Assembly: GCF_004010195.1 (NCBI RefSeq)
Contig: NC_057720.1
Coordinates: forward strand, 32,234,596 to 32,254,595
DNA length: 20,000 nucleotides
Direction: 5' to 3'
Origin: Chiloscyllium plagiosum
Taxonomy: Eukaryota
The position numbers were made by a program, and so were the translations under genes. The notes beneath the pieces are model-generated. The model saw nothing but the letters and a program-made list of their open reading frames with translations, was not told the DNA's origin and did not search any database. This document shows, piece by piece, positions 9,971 through 20,000 of this stretch (positions within the stretch are counted from its first letter, which is position 1; every line of letters starts with the position of its first letter).

Positions 9971-10725
9971 ATCAGGCCTGGAAGCTTATATTATAGTAAT
10001 CTTTTATGAATTTGTGAATATGTTTTATGGAAGTCTGCAATCTACTGAGCTGAAGTCCAGAGTTCTGTTTCTGGTTAGGTGATGGAGAAGGTCTTTAGAA
10101 AGCTCTGAAAAAAATAGCAAAAACTGGGTGAAACAGAAATTGAGTCCTCCATATTCCTTCTTTCTGGGATGCCATGCATCAGCGCATAACATATATAGCA
10201 AACGTTGTTTTAATTGGCACCTTATGAACTGGCATTCTTGATAAACTGGCAAAAATTATATATCTCAAATACCATGAAGTTTATTGTATTACTGCAATCT
10301 CCACTTTGTCCAAGTAATCAGCTGAGGGTGCAAGCAAGAAGGCCCTCTGCTAGTAAGGTTAACTTAAGAGTTTAACTCTTATTAAGAGTTTTATGCCGTA
10401 AAGTATAACAGCGATGTGTATACCCCCTGCCTTACATTTCTATTACTTAGCTATTAGTTTCAATTAGTTTTTACCTTGATTATGTGGACCTCTTGTTCAA
10501 CTGGAATATTTGATCAACATACTCCTTGTCCCATGAACACTGATTAATGAATGGTTTGCTGTAGTATTTTCTTGTAATAAATTACATACAGTATATTTCA
10601 AAATAGTCCAAAACTCACACCCGAGTTCATGAAAGGACTCTTCTCTCTCCGTTCCAATTTACAATTGAACCTATTCCTCAGCTTCTCTCTTCCTTCATAA
10701 AGGCCAGTTTTTCAGTAACATAACT

Positions 10726-10807
10726 TGTCAGTAGTAGGACTTGAACCCACATCTCCAAAGAGACTGGAACCTTATGCCAGCACCTTAGACCACTCAGCCA
10801 CACTACC
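10726..10807 (-). pseudogene. tRNA-Leu(AAG): tRNA-Leu(AAG) pseudogene
   Basis: The 82-nt GGTAGTGTGGCTGAGTGGTCTAAGGTGCTGGCATAAGGTTCCAGTCTCTTTGGAGATGTGGGTTCAAGTCCTACTACTGACA is colinear with vertebrate tRNA-Leu-AAG as I recall it. All CpGs have decayed, the acceptor and anticodon stems have mismatches, and there is no oligo-T terminator. Confidence 0.88.
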
Positions 10808-10808
10808 A

Positions 10809-10940
10809 ATTCCACATGAAGGGCTTATGCCCGAAATGTCAACTCTCCTGCTTCTCGGATGCTGCCTGACCTACTGTGCTTTTCCAGCACTACCCGCTTC
10901 GACTCTGATCTCCAGCATCTGCAGTCCTCACTTTCTCCTT
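10809..10940 (+). mobile_element. Penelope-like terminal repeat fragment with a disrupted hammerhead core
   Basis: ATGAAGGGCTTATGCCCGAAATGTC...GGATGCTGCCTGACCT matches 18936-19000. The CTGA core is replaced by CACA. Confidence 0.75.
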
Positions 10941-10969
10941 CATAATGGCCAGCCTGTGCAACAACCAAA

Positions 10970-11102
10970 TCAAAGCAGCCCTCACATATGCTTTGCAGTG
11001 GCTCAAGAAGTTCAATACCACCTTCTCAAGGGTAACAATGAATGGGTAATAAATGCTTGTCCACCCAGCATTTCCCACAACCTCCGAGTGAAATTAAAAA
11101 AA
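10970..11102 (+). mobile_element. 3' tail of a CR1/L2-group LINE (same tail family as 1415-3325)
   Basis: CACCTTCTCAAGGG...ATGGGTAATAAATGCT followed by an A-rich end. Confidence 0.65.
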
Positions 11103-12129
11103 TGCAATAAAAATCTTTTCAATGGTGTCAGCTGACACTACCCATTGATAATGGGTAAAAGGATGATAGCATATAAATATAAGGAACAAAACTGAATGAA
11201 TTGTAGGAATCAATTCAACTTGGAAAGCATTACTAAGACATGACTGCAAGATATTCAGGATTGGGAACTAAATATACCTAGTTTTATGTAAGGTTTACAC
11301 GAATGGGAGAGGGGGAGGAGAGAATGTCATAGGATAATAATATTGACAGAATTATTAAAATAGGATTTAAGACCATAGAGGTGCCTTTGTAGCACCTTTG
11401 AAATGGTAAGATGTATAAGTCAAGAGATTGGGCAAGTATATCACAAAGGCAGAGTGGTTTTAATGGGAGATTTTAGCTTTTGTGTAGTTTGAGATAAGCA
11501 AACTAGCTTAAGTCTGAAAGGGAGGGAATTTCTCAATTAAGTCCAGGTTAGTTTTCTACAGAATGCATTCTAGAACTAACAAAGGGTTGTGCTATATCAG
11601 ATGTCATAATAAGTAGTGAGCCTATCAGTACATAAACTTTTAGCTAATAAGGCTCATAAAATGATAAGGTTAAATGACGTGATTAAGAAAAAGAAAAGCC
11701 AAAAGAGTGACTGAACTTCTCGATTTTAGTTAAGGATGGCTTCAGTGAGATGAAGCTGTTATGAACTGAATTGAATTATTGTCACGTGTACTGAGGCACA
11801 ATGACTGCATAATTCATGTTATGATATTGTGAGGGGCCAGTAACTTTTATTTTTAAAGTAGATAATGTTTGAGGTCCAGAGAACATACCAAAAGAATAAA
11901 GCTACAGGATTCCACAATTTTGAAACAAAGAATAATAAGACTCGAATCTCTTTCCACCACTTACGTGACCAGGAATCTCTCCTGCTCTTATTTCTCCTAT
12001 GATTGGCATATGTTGGGAAGATTTACAAGTTGACCCTCAACCTGTTTGGCCATATCATTTGCACTCCATCCTTGACCATCAAGTCCAAGAGTGCAACTTG
12101 TATGCCAGAGCTAGGAACTACTTGCTTTT

Positions 12130-12385
12130 GGGGGATTTGTTGTACTTTAGTGTCAATCATTTATCCATTGTTGTTATTTTGCTTGCACTATTTTTGGTGA
12201 GACCCCATCCTTTTTTCAATATTAATTTCCTTGGGATGCTTGGCCATTCTTTATTGTAAATACTTACATAAGAATTATTTGACAAGTGTCATTTCCTTAT
12301 TTTCATTGCCAACAGCACTATTGTACATTTTCGAGGCGTCTACATTTGCTTCTCACCGTTTTCTTTCTCCTAAAATGAGTTTAGA
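12130..12385 (-). mobile_element. Inverted CR1 linker segment
   Basis: Minus strand reads RRKKTVRSKC/ANV...ENKEM...LKYNKSP, the part of ORF2 that lies just before the plus-strand resumption at about 12390. Confidence 0.55.
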
Positions 12386-12917
12386 TATCCAAAAGAGTAA
12401 CAAATTCTCATGAGTAAATAGCTTCCACCAGAGAGTTTTTAAAAAGTAGGTGAGGACATTACTTGCCTCCCAATTAAAATGTTCCTTAGTTCTCCCTATT
12501 CAGGAACCATTCATTTAGGTTGAAGAAAACCACAAATTATACACCAGTTAACTTCAAATCTGTTATCAGGAACTAGAACCTATAATTAAGAATAGAGTGA
12601 ATGAACATCTTGAAAACTTCAACAAACCAGAGGGTACAAGCATAGATGTGTAGAGAAAAATATCCAAAGAACTGCCGATGCTGGAAATCAAAAACAAAAA
12701 CAGAAATTGCTAGAAAAATCTCAGCAGGTCTGATAGGATTTGTGGAGAGAAAACATTTTGGGTCCAGTGACAATAGTTGGACAGACAACTGCTCTCGCCA
12801 CCTTCTGAGATCCATTTTCTTCAGTAGTGGATGTAGCTAGAGAAATGTTGGTATATGTGTGAAAGACAGGTTGGGAGGAGGTAATGGGAGTATTAAACAA
12901 CAGATGAGGTTCAAACT

Positions 12918-12937
12918 GAGAGAGAGAGAGAGAGAGA
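12918..12937. repeat. (GA)10 microsatellite
   Basis: Read directly from the sequence. Confidence 0.9.
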
Positions 12938-13081
12938 ACAACAATTGGACAGTCAACTGCTCTCGCCGCCTTCTGAGATTCCACATACCTGACATGTATT
13001 TATCTGTTACTCTACCTATTGTTTAATCTTTCCCCCCTCCCCATCTTCAGTATATATACCAGACTTTGCCAAGCTACAATC

Positions 13082-13119
13082 AGTTCTGAACAAGGGTCAT
13101 TGGACCTGAAACGTCAACT
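13082..13119 (+). ncRNA. Minimal type I hammerhead ribozyme motif, core-mutated
   Basis: AGTT-CTGAACA-A-GGGTC attg GACCT-GAAAC-GTC-AACT. Stem I is AGTT/AACT and stem II is present, but CUGANGA is altered to CUGAACA. Confidence 0.6.
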
Positions 13120-15331
13120 CTGCTTTCTCTTCACAGATGCTGCCAGACTTGCTGAGATTTTCTGGCAATCTCTGTTTTTGGATTTGTAATGAGTGAATTG
13201 TGCTTGACAAATCTGAGTTGATTGTTTGATGATATGACTAAAGTAGTGAACAGAGGACAATCTATGCATGTGATATATAGAGATTTCCAGAAGGTATTTG
13301 ATAAAATTGGCTAAGCATCAGGAAGCAGTTAGACAAGAAAATTGATTAGTTGTGATCAATGGTGTGGTCCAGGAAACATTTTTGGCACCTCAATAGTTCA
13401 CCACATTTAGCAATGACTGAAAAATTAAATAGAATTTTACCTATCAGAATTTACCACTGGCACACAGATGCATAACATTGTAAACTATGTAGATGGAAAC
13501 ATAGAATTACAAAAGAGATTTGATAGACTAAGTGAAAGAGCAAAAACTATAATCACTTTGTGCCTATATAGGATAGAATAGAGGGTGTTATGGATAGATA
13601 TAAAATTTAATTCAATCAGCTGACAGAATGCTGGCCTTTTTTATCTAAATGAAAATAATTCAAGAGGGCAGAAGTTATGCTAATGCTGTGCAGATCACAC
13701 CTGGTTAGATCACACCTGGAATACTGTGAGCACTTCCGGGCATCAAATTTAAAGAAGGATATGTAGGAGTGCTGTGTAAATTTACTAGATAAACCTGAAA
13801 TCAAAGGGTTAAGTTACAAGGAGCAGATTGCTCAAACTAGGATTTCATTCACTAAAATTTAGAAGGTTAAGATGTCACATGGTTGACATCAAGATATTAA
13901 AGAAAACTAATTGGGTAAGACGACACAATTCGCATTGATTGAGGTGCAGGCTCTGGAGCATGGTCTAAAAGTTAGAGGTTGACTTTTCAGGAGTTCAGAA
14001 ACACTTTTACTTGCAGAAGGTGATGGCAGTTTGGCAATCTCTTCCACAAATGATAATTAATACTGGATCAATTGTTAACTTTAAATTTGAGATTCATAGA
14101 TTTATGCTAACCAAAGATATTACAGTTTTGAGCCAAAGGTGGGTATGTGAAGTTAGATCACAGAGCAGCTCACTGACTAGCAGAACAGGCTCAGGGGGTT
14201 AATGCATCTATTCCTTTGCTTCCATTATTGAAGAAATGGAGTTGCGATGCAAATTCTACATGTTAATTGCCCTTCATGAGAGCCAAAAGAAATTCTGATC
14301 CAAAAGTAATTCCCATTAAAGGATTACATTTCTTGGCCATTATTGTTTCGAAGAGATTTGAACTTTACTTGAAAAGGCAAAAGTCTTTACCTCACTTCCT
14401 CTCCTTGGTCATAAAATGTAAAATTTTCTTTTGCTTTTGCGACAAAGTGTTTGCCATTGCTCAAGGGGCACAGTAAACCATTCTCCCTTTGCCAACAAAT
14501 CTATTTTAACATTTTATTATTAGAATTTTGAAGCTTGATATCCCAGAAGTTTTTTAATTATTAATCAGCTGGATGTTTTCATTCCCTGAACAGGATTACC
14601 TCACCATATGCAGGAAAGTGTGGTTGAATTTTGATATATGTGCACAGCTGGGTTGCAAAGAAATGTTATGCTTGGAACTTGATTATGTTTAGATCAGGAC
14701 CTCTGTGCACAGAATGACTGGGATAATTTGGAATGTTCTACTATGGTCACTGCTCTCATTCAATCAAGTGTGAATTTTAACCTGCCTACTCACATTGTGC
14801 AATCTTTCATCCAAATCCAAACACATTCCCCTCCTTAATCAATATTACCCAGTCCATGAGTATTTCCACTGACTACCTATCTAGTCAGTCAAGACTGGCA
14901 GAGAATTTATTCTCCTTTTCCTCAGGGAAGTACAACTGAATATCATTTGAGACCAACGATATCATCACATATTGCTCACTGTTGTAACTGTTGAAACAAT
15001 TTTAGTGTGACTTTTGTTGGAAACATTGTAACCAAACAAGATGGATTCTCTGAACTCTTTTGCATTTTAAAATTATTGATTTAGATTTTGGATAGATTAA
15101 AAGGGATTGCCAGACAATAGTCGATCAAGCATTAACTAAAAGTTTTCATCTAGATTGCTGCACTGTAAAGATTACAGCAAATCTGTAAACTTTTAAATGT
15201 ATCAGCACAGCCTGCAAAATGGTACCTCCACCACTAAACCATCAGATTGTGACAAAAACAAGGAATCAATGCTTTTACTTACTAAACCCGCAGAGAAAAA
15301 TAATTTTTAAAAGTGCATCTGTTAAATTTTA

Positions 15332-15647
15332 TCATAGAATCCCTATGGTGTGGAAACAGACCATTTGGCCCAACAAGTCCACACTGACCCTCCAAAGAGT
15401 AATCCACCCTGATGCATTCCCTTAACTAATACAGTTAACCTACATCCCTTAATACTATGGGCAATTAGAATGGCTAATTCACCTAACCTGCACATCTTTG
15501 GATTGTAGGAGGAAACCAGAACACCCAGAGGAACCCACGCAGACACAGGGAGAACATACAAACTCCACACAGACAATCACCCGAGGCTGGAATTGAACCT
15601 TGGTCCTCGGTGCTGTGAGGCAGCAGTGCGGAGCCACCGCACCACCC
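15332..15647 (-). mobile_element. HE1-like tRNA-derived V-SINE
   Basis: Minus strand has head GGTGGCTC...GGTTCAATTCC (A box partly deleted), a V-domain TGTGTGGAGTTTG...TCTGCGTGGGTT...GGTTTCCTCC and a CR1-type tail GGGCCAAATGG...GATTCTATGA. Flanks TAAATTTTAT and TAAATTTAT look like a TSD. Confidence 0.88.
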
Positions 15648-15766
15648 ATAAATTTATGAACTTTGTTTTGTAGAGTGCTTCAGTTTTTGTTGAGGTTGTT
15701 GATTCACTGAATCTGTAAGTTCAGAGTTGACTAATCACTTATTCAAACATTTTATTGTAACATTCC

Positions 15767-15826
15767 AGTGCAGATACAATGGGCTGGATGGCCTCTTCTT
15801 GCACTATAACAATTCTGCAATTCTGT
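15767..15826 (+). mobile_element. CR1-type extreme 3' end fragment
   Basis: GCAGATACAATGGGCTGGATGGCCTCTTCTTGCACT followed by (CAATTCTG)2. Confidence 0.6.
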
Positions 15827-15989
15827 GTTTCAGCTAGATATTGTAATGACTAAAGGCATTGTCTTCAACCTCAGCCACAAATGCTGTCCACATGATTTCA
15901 TCTCCTCTTGCAACTAATTCCTTAGGATGAATCAAATCATTAAAAATCACAGCAGATTATTTAATTCTCAAGCTTGGCTTCTAATCCCA

Positions 15990-16510
15990 TACATGCTTCA
16001 TCTCAAGACTTCTTACTTCCAACTAAGTAACGTTGTCTATCACCATTGTTGCTGCTGAATCATTCCATCTCCAGATATGACTGTACCAGGGTGCTTCTAA
16101 CCAGCATCTCATTCTTCACCCAGTAAAGTTGAGCCAACCTAAAATTCTCCTACCCAACACCCATCCTGTAGCACCTCCCTACCACTTTTCCCCTTCTCCC
16201 TGTAACTTTTCTTAGCAAACCCATTACACTGCAAAGGTCTCATTCCTATGAGTCTAGCATGCTGAGCATCCCCTTCCCACTGAAGTCTATCATTTGGGGT
16301 ATACCCTCAGCCACCTGATCCCAGCCACATTGGAATTCATCAGCACCCTTACCTTATTTATATGTTCCTTCAAATCCACCTTTTAAATCAAGCATTTTGA
16401 ACATTCCTTTGAATAGCTCCCTCTTTAGCTTAGCATTTATTTAATTAGATCTGCATGAAGCATCTTAGAACTGTTTTTTACATTGAAGGTACTACACAAA
16501 GACAAATTGC
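15990..16510 (+). mobile_element. Highly decayed L2 LINE 3' portion
   Basis: Remnants of LRNIA...AAE...SRLDY.NALL (CTAAGTAACGTTG, TCCAGATATGACTGT) and an L2-like tail TGAAGCATCTTAGAAC...TACATTGAAGGTACTA. Confidence 0.55.
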
Positions 16511-16770
16511 AAAAATACACATAGCTTTGATGGATCATTTTTAAATTTTATGTACAGGGTGACTTTGATTAATTTTTGTGAAGTTGAAGATAACTAACTT
16601 TTCTCTATTATTAGAAATTTATTTTCTACTTAATTAGTGTGTTTACATATACAAGAAAGATCTTTCTCTGAATGATCATGATTCATGGTCTAAATGACAT
16701 AAGATGCCAATTTTGCTCAAGATTTAACTTTAGCATCAGATCTGCAAAATATCTGGATAAAGTTTGTTAA

Positions 16771-17087
16771 GGTTGAGAATAGACAAATTCTGTGACAATA
16801 TTTCATCTTGCATTCATCAAGACCATTCACAAGAATGCCAATTTAAGAGGAAAGCCAATATTTATATGTTTATACTATTTGAAAGTGCTGATTAGATTCT
16901 GTTTGGTAGAAATGTTGCCTCTCCAATATTTATACATTTCTATTATATGAGATGAAAGTGTTGATTGGTAGAGGTGGAGCATCTCACACAGTATAAATGT
17001 TGGTTTTCCTTTTAGTTAGAATTTCTTGTGAAGTGTCCTGATGAGTGCAAGATGAAAAGCTTTAACAAATATAACTTTTCTCAGTAA
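16771..17087. mobile_element. Small inverted-repeat element with ~100-bp arms carrying hammerhead motifs (PLE-derived)
   Basis: The reverse complement of 16771-16868 (TATAAATATTGGCTTTCC...TTCTTGTGAATGGTCTTGATGAATGCAAGATGAAA) matches 16991-17087. Confidence 0.65.
17034..17067 (+). ncRNA. Minimal hammerhead ribozyme motif, CpG-decayed
   Basis: TGTC-CTGATGA-GT gcaag AT-GAAA-AGCT-TT-AACA. The core is intact, there is a palindromic AAGCTT at stem III, and the stems are restored if TG/TA are read as decayed CG. Confidence 0.5.
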
Positions 17088-17616
17088 TAATCAACCACTG
17101 TAGTATCAAATAACTAAATAACTTGTCGTTGAATACCAGGAAATTCTGACTGTTAGAAATGTGAGGATTAGGCCTAAACTATTTCCTGTAGGAGGAATGT
17201 CAATGCATGATTACATACATGGTATTGTCACACTGGGACCATTCATTGCTTCATTATCATATTGGGCTGACTTTCTGTACCATATGTGAAGCACCAGAGA
17301 CTACCTGCAGAGGGATAGTATGGCCACATTTCTTATTCTGGGTCATCTTCATAGTTCAGGTTCTCTCCATAGCACAAGCCTAATCTTCTGTAGGATCCAG
17401 TATTGGGATTATTTTCAGTCAGAGGTTCCATTCTGAAAATGCAAATGGTAGTTGTTAAGGAAGCAACATAGAAAGATTACAACAGGGTTTGATTCTGCGA
17501 CCTTCATTTTCAACAAATGTTTGAAGAGTTTGGAAAAAAGAAACAGTAACAAAGATCTCAAAGTCTGTCAATAATACAAATTCCGAGGCACTGTAAATAG
17601 TAGCAAACAATGAGAA

Positions 17617-17688
17617 CAGTGGCATAGTAGTAATGGTAAAAGACAAGTAGTCACCTGGACTAATATTCAGGAGACATGAGTTCATATC
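17617..17688 (+). mobile_element. tRNA-derived SINE head (SacSINE1/DeuSINE-like), truncated by CR1
   Basis: A-box-like GTGGCATAGTAGTAATG and B-box-like GACATGAGTTCATATC. Confidence 0.5.
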
Positions 17689-18611
17689 TTTCCCCTCTCA
17701 CCCCAAAATCTATCCCCACTTGTTCTGGACTTCTCACCCCAGGGAAAAGACTTTGTCTATTTACCCTATCCATGCTCCTCACGATTTTATAAACATCCTG
17801 AGGTCACCCCTCAGTCTCAGACACTCCAGGGAAAACAGCCCTAGCCTATTCAGCCTCTCCCTATAGCTCAAATCCTCCAACACTAGCAACATCCTTGTAA
17901 ATCTTTTCTGAACCCTTTCAAGTTTCACAACATCCTTCCAATAGGAAGGAGACCAGAATTGCTTGCAATATTCCAAAAGTGGCCTAACCAATGTCCTGTA
18001 CAGCCACAACATGACCTCCCAACTCCTATACTCAATGCTCTGACCAATAAAGGAAAGCATATCAAATGGCTTCTTCACTATCATGTCAACCTGGGAGTCC
18101 ACTTCTAAAAAACCATGAACCTGCACTCCAAGGTCTCTTTGTTCAGCAACACTCCCTAGGACCTTGCCATTAAGTGTATAAGTCATGCTAAGATTTGCTT
18201 TCCAAAGTGCAACACCTCTCATTTATCTAAATTAAACTCCATCTGCCACTCGTCAGCCCATTGGCTCATTTGATCAAGATCCGATTGTAATACGAGGTAC
18301 CTGACTTCGCTGTCCACGACACTTCCAATTTTGGTGTCATCTGCAAATTTGCTAACTATACCTCTTAGGGTCATATCCAAATAATTTCTATAAATGACGA
18401 AAGATAGTGGACTCAGCACCAATCGTTGTGGCACTCCACTGGTCACAGGCCTCCAGTCTGAAAAACAACCCTCCACCACCACCCTCTGTCTTCTACCTTT
18501 GAGCCAGTTCTGTATCCAAATGGCTAGTTCTCCCTGTATTCCATGAGACCTAACCTTACTAACCAGTCACTCATGGGGAACCTTGTCGAAGGCCTGACTG
18601 AATTTCATATA

Positions 18612-19022
18612 AACAAACTCGGTCCTAGCAGAGCGCTTTAGGGAACATCTCCGAGACACCCGCACCAATCAACCAAACCGCCCTGTGGCCCAACATTTCA
18701 ACTCCCCCTCCCACTCTGCCGAGGACATGGAGGTCCTGGGCCTCCTTCACCGCCGCTCCCTCACCACCAGACGCCTGGAGCTCCTTTTCCACCTATCCAC
18801 TCCACCCTCTCTTCCCTGACCTATCACCTTCATCTCCTTCCCCAATGGCCTATTGTACTCTATGATACTCTCTCCCCACCCCCACCCTCCCCTAGCTTAT
18901 CTCTTCACGCTTCAGGCTCTCTGCCTTTATTCCTGATGAAGGGCTTTTGCCCGAAACGTCGATTTCGCTGCTTGTTGGATGCTGCCTGAATTGCTGTGCT
19001 CTTCCAGCACCACTGATCCAGA
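18612..19022 (+). mobile_element. Penelope-like element fragment (GIY-YIG endonuclease C-terminal part plus terminal repeat) nested in CR1
   Basis: Translates as LAERFREHLRDTRTNQPNRPVAQHFNSPSHSAEDMEVLGL...RRLE, followed by an apparent internal deletion. 8-bp TSD TTCATATA at 18604-18611 and 19023-19030. CpGs are retained, so it is relatively young. Confidence 0.88.
18929..18964 (+). ncRNA. Minimal type I hammerhead ribozyme motif with intact core
   Basis: ATTC-CTGATGA-A-GGGC TTTT GCCC-GAAAC-GTC-GATT. It has the CUGAUGA and GAAA cores, a 4-bp stem II, palindromic ACGT and a GUC cleavage triplet. Confidence 0.75.
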
Positions 19023-19699
19023 TTCATATAGATCACGTCTACCGTTCTGTCCTCATCCATCCTCTTTGTTACTTCCTCAAAAAACTCAATCAAGTTTGTG
19101 AGACATGATTTCCCACACACAAAGCCATGTTGACTATCCCTAATCAGTCCTTGCCTTTTCAAATTCATGTACATCCTGTCCCTCAGGACTTGCCCACCAC
19201 TGATGTCAGGCTCACTGGTCTATAGTTCCCTGGCTTGTCCTTACCACCTTTCTTAAATAGTGGCGCCAAGTTAACCAACCTTCAGTCTTCCGGCACCTCA
19301 CCTGTGACAATCGATGATACAAATATCTCAGCAAGAGGCCCAGCAATCACCTTCCTAGTTTCCCACAGAGTTCTCGGGTACACATGATCAGGTCCTGGGG
19401 ATTTATCAACTTATATGCTTTTCAAGGCATCCAGCATTTCCTCCTCTGTAATATGGACATTTTGCAAGATGTCACCATCTACTTCCCTACGTTCTGTACC
19501 TTCCATGTCTTTTTCCACAGTAAACACTGATGCAAAATACTCATTTAGTATCTGCCCTATCTCCTGCAGTTCCACACAAAGGCAGCCTTGCTGATCTTTG
19601 AGGTGATCTATTGTCTCCCTAGTTACCCTTTTGTCCTTAATGTATTTGTAAACACCCTTTGGATTCTCTTTAACTCTATTTGCCAAAGCTATCTCATGT

Positions 19700-20000
19700 A
19701 AAGATGAGGTGTGAAGGTTCGATTGGGACGATTGAGAGTTATAAGGTAGCCAGGAAGGACCTGAAGAGAGAGCTAAGAGCAGCAAGGAGGGGAATGAAAG
19801 GTCCTTAGTTGGTAGGATTAGGGAAAACCCTAAGGCTTTCTATAGGTATGTCAGGAATAAAAGAATGACTAGGTAGGAATAGGGTCCAGTCAAGGATAGT
19901 AGTGGGAAGTTGCGTGTGGAGGCTGAAGAGATTGGGGAGACACTGAATGAATACTTTTCGTCAGTATTCAATCAGGAACAGGACATTATTGTCAATGTGA
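19700..20000 (+). mobile_element. 5'-truncated CR1 of a different subfamily, running off the window
   Basis: Translates as ESYKVARKDLKRELR...RIRENPKAFYRYVRNKR...VKDSSGKLRVEAEEIGETLNEYFSSVF. Confidence 0.88.

Larger units (their letters stand above)
12652..13180. mobile_element. Penelope-like insertion with two inverted arms, nested in CR1
   Basis: 12690-12910 is the reverse complement of about 13000-13180 (AAAAACAGAAATTGCTAGAAAAATCTCAGCAGGTCTG vs CAGACTTGCTGAGATTTTCTGGCAATCTCTGTTTTT). It interrupts CR1 at the QHGF motif. Possible TSD GATGTGTA/GATTTGTA. Confidence 0.7.
11165..14222 (+). mobile_element. Old, fragmented CR1 LINE ORF2 (endonuclease to 3' end) with nested insertions and an inverted segment
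   Basis: Endonuclease remnants (ITKT*LQDIQDWELNIP; VVLMGDFS) at 11165-11760, FHQRV and NYTPVNFKSV at 12415-12570, CLTNL and DFQKVFDK at 13200-13305, RSHLEYCEHF near 13710 and a 3' tail near 14180-14222. Confidence 0.75.
17686..19699 (-). mobile_element. CR1 LINE ORF2 (linker, RT, C-terminus), frameshifted and truncated at both ends
   Basis: ORFs read ENPKGVYKYIKDKR, SQHGFVCGKSCLTNLIEFFEEVTK, TSGVPQ..VLSP, SKFADDTK, WQMEFN, RDLGV and LVRPLLEYC. Confidence 0.95.

Noticed and set aside
10025..10252. 75-aa minus-strand ORF in unique sequence
   Set aside because: No recognisable motif, and the length is within chance expectation.
10725..11135. 136-aa plus-strand ORF
   Set aside because: It runs across an antisense tRNA pseudogene, a PLE fragment and a LINE tail, so it is a composite artefact.
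11959..12259. Minus-strand GTAAGT donor at 11964 and hydrophobic plus-strand ORFs
   Set aside because: No open frame with a matching acceptor. The ORFs are partly antisense to the inverted CR1 linker.
14390..14648. Two small possible minus-strand exons (ICWQRENG...DQGEEV; 43-nt CTGTGCAC...CATATG)
   Set aside because: Weak splice signals and unrecognised peptides. I cannot assemble them into a supported gene.
18905..19785. ORFs 18905-19174 and 19411-19785 as intact genes
   Set aside because: They are chimeric readings across CR1/PLE and CR1/CR1 junctions. The RT is frameshifted and interrupted.

Overview
Eukaryotic, AT-rich, repeat-dense genomic DNA. The repeat families (HE1/V-SINE, SacSINE1-like head, several CR1/L2 LINEs, hammerhead-bearing Penelope-like fragments) point to a cartilaginous fish, probably a shark; this is inference. 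I recognise no host protein-coding gene, and most listed ORFs are decayed retroelement fragments or chance ORFs. The most interesting structure is at 3506-7349: a ~230-bp solo LTR (minus strand, TG...CA, 5-bp TSD) split at its TATA box by two diverged head-to-tail copies of a ~1.7-1.85 kb non-coding poly(A)-tailed element. Each copy has an LTR-like 5' head, and one appears to carry a 3'-transduced copy of the same LTR target site. This suggests a non-autonomous, target-specific retroelement that uses LTR promoters. Also present: a CpG-decayed tRNA-Leu(AAG) pseudogene, several minimal hammerhead ribozyme motifs, a Harbinger-like MITE and nested or inverted CR1 copies. Family names come from my recall of consensus sequences, not from a database search.
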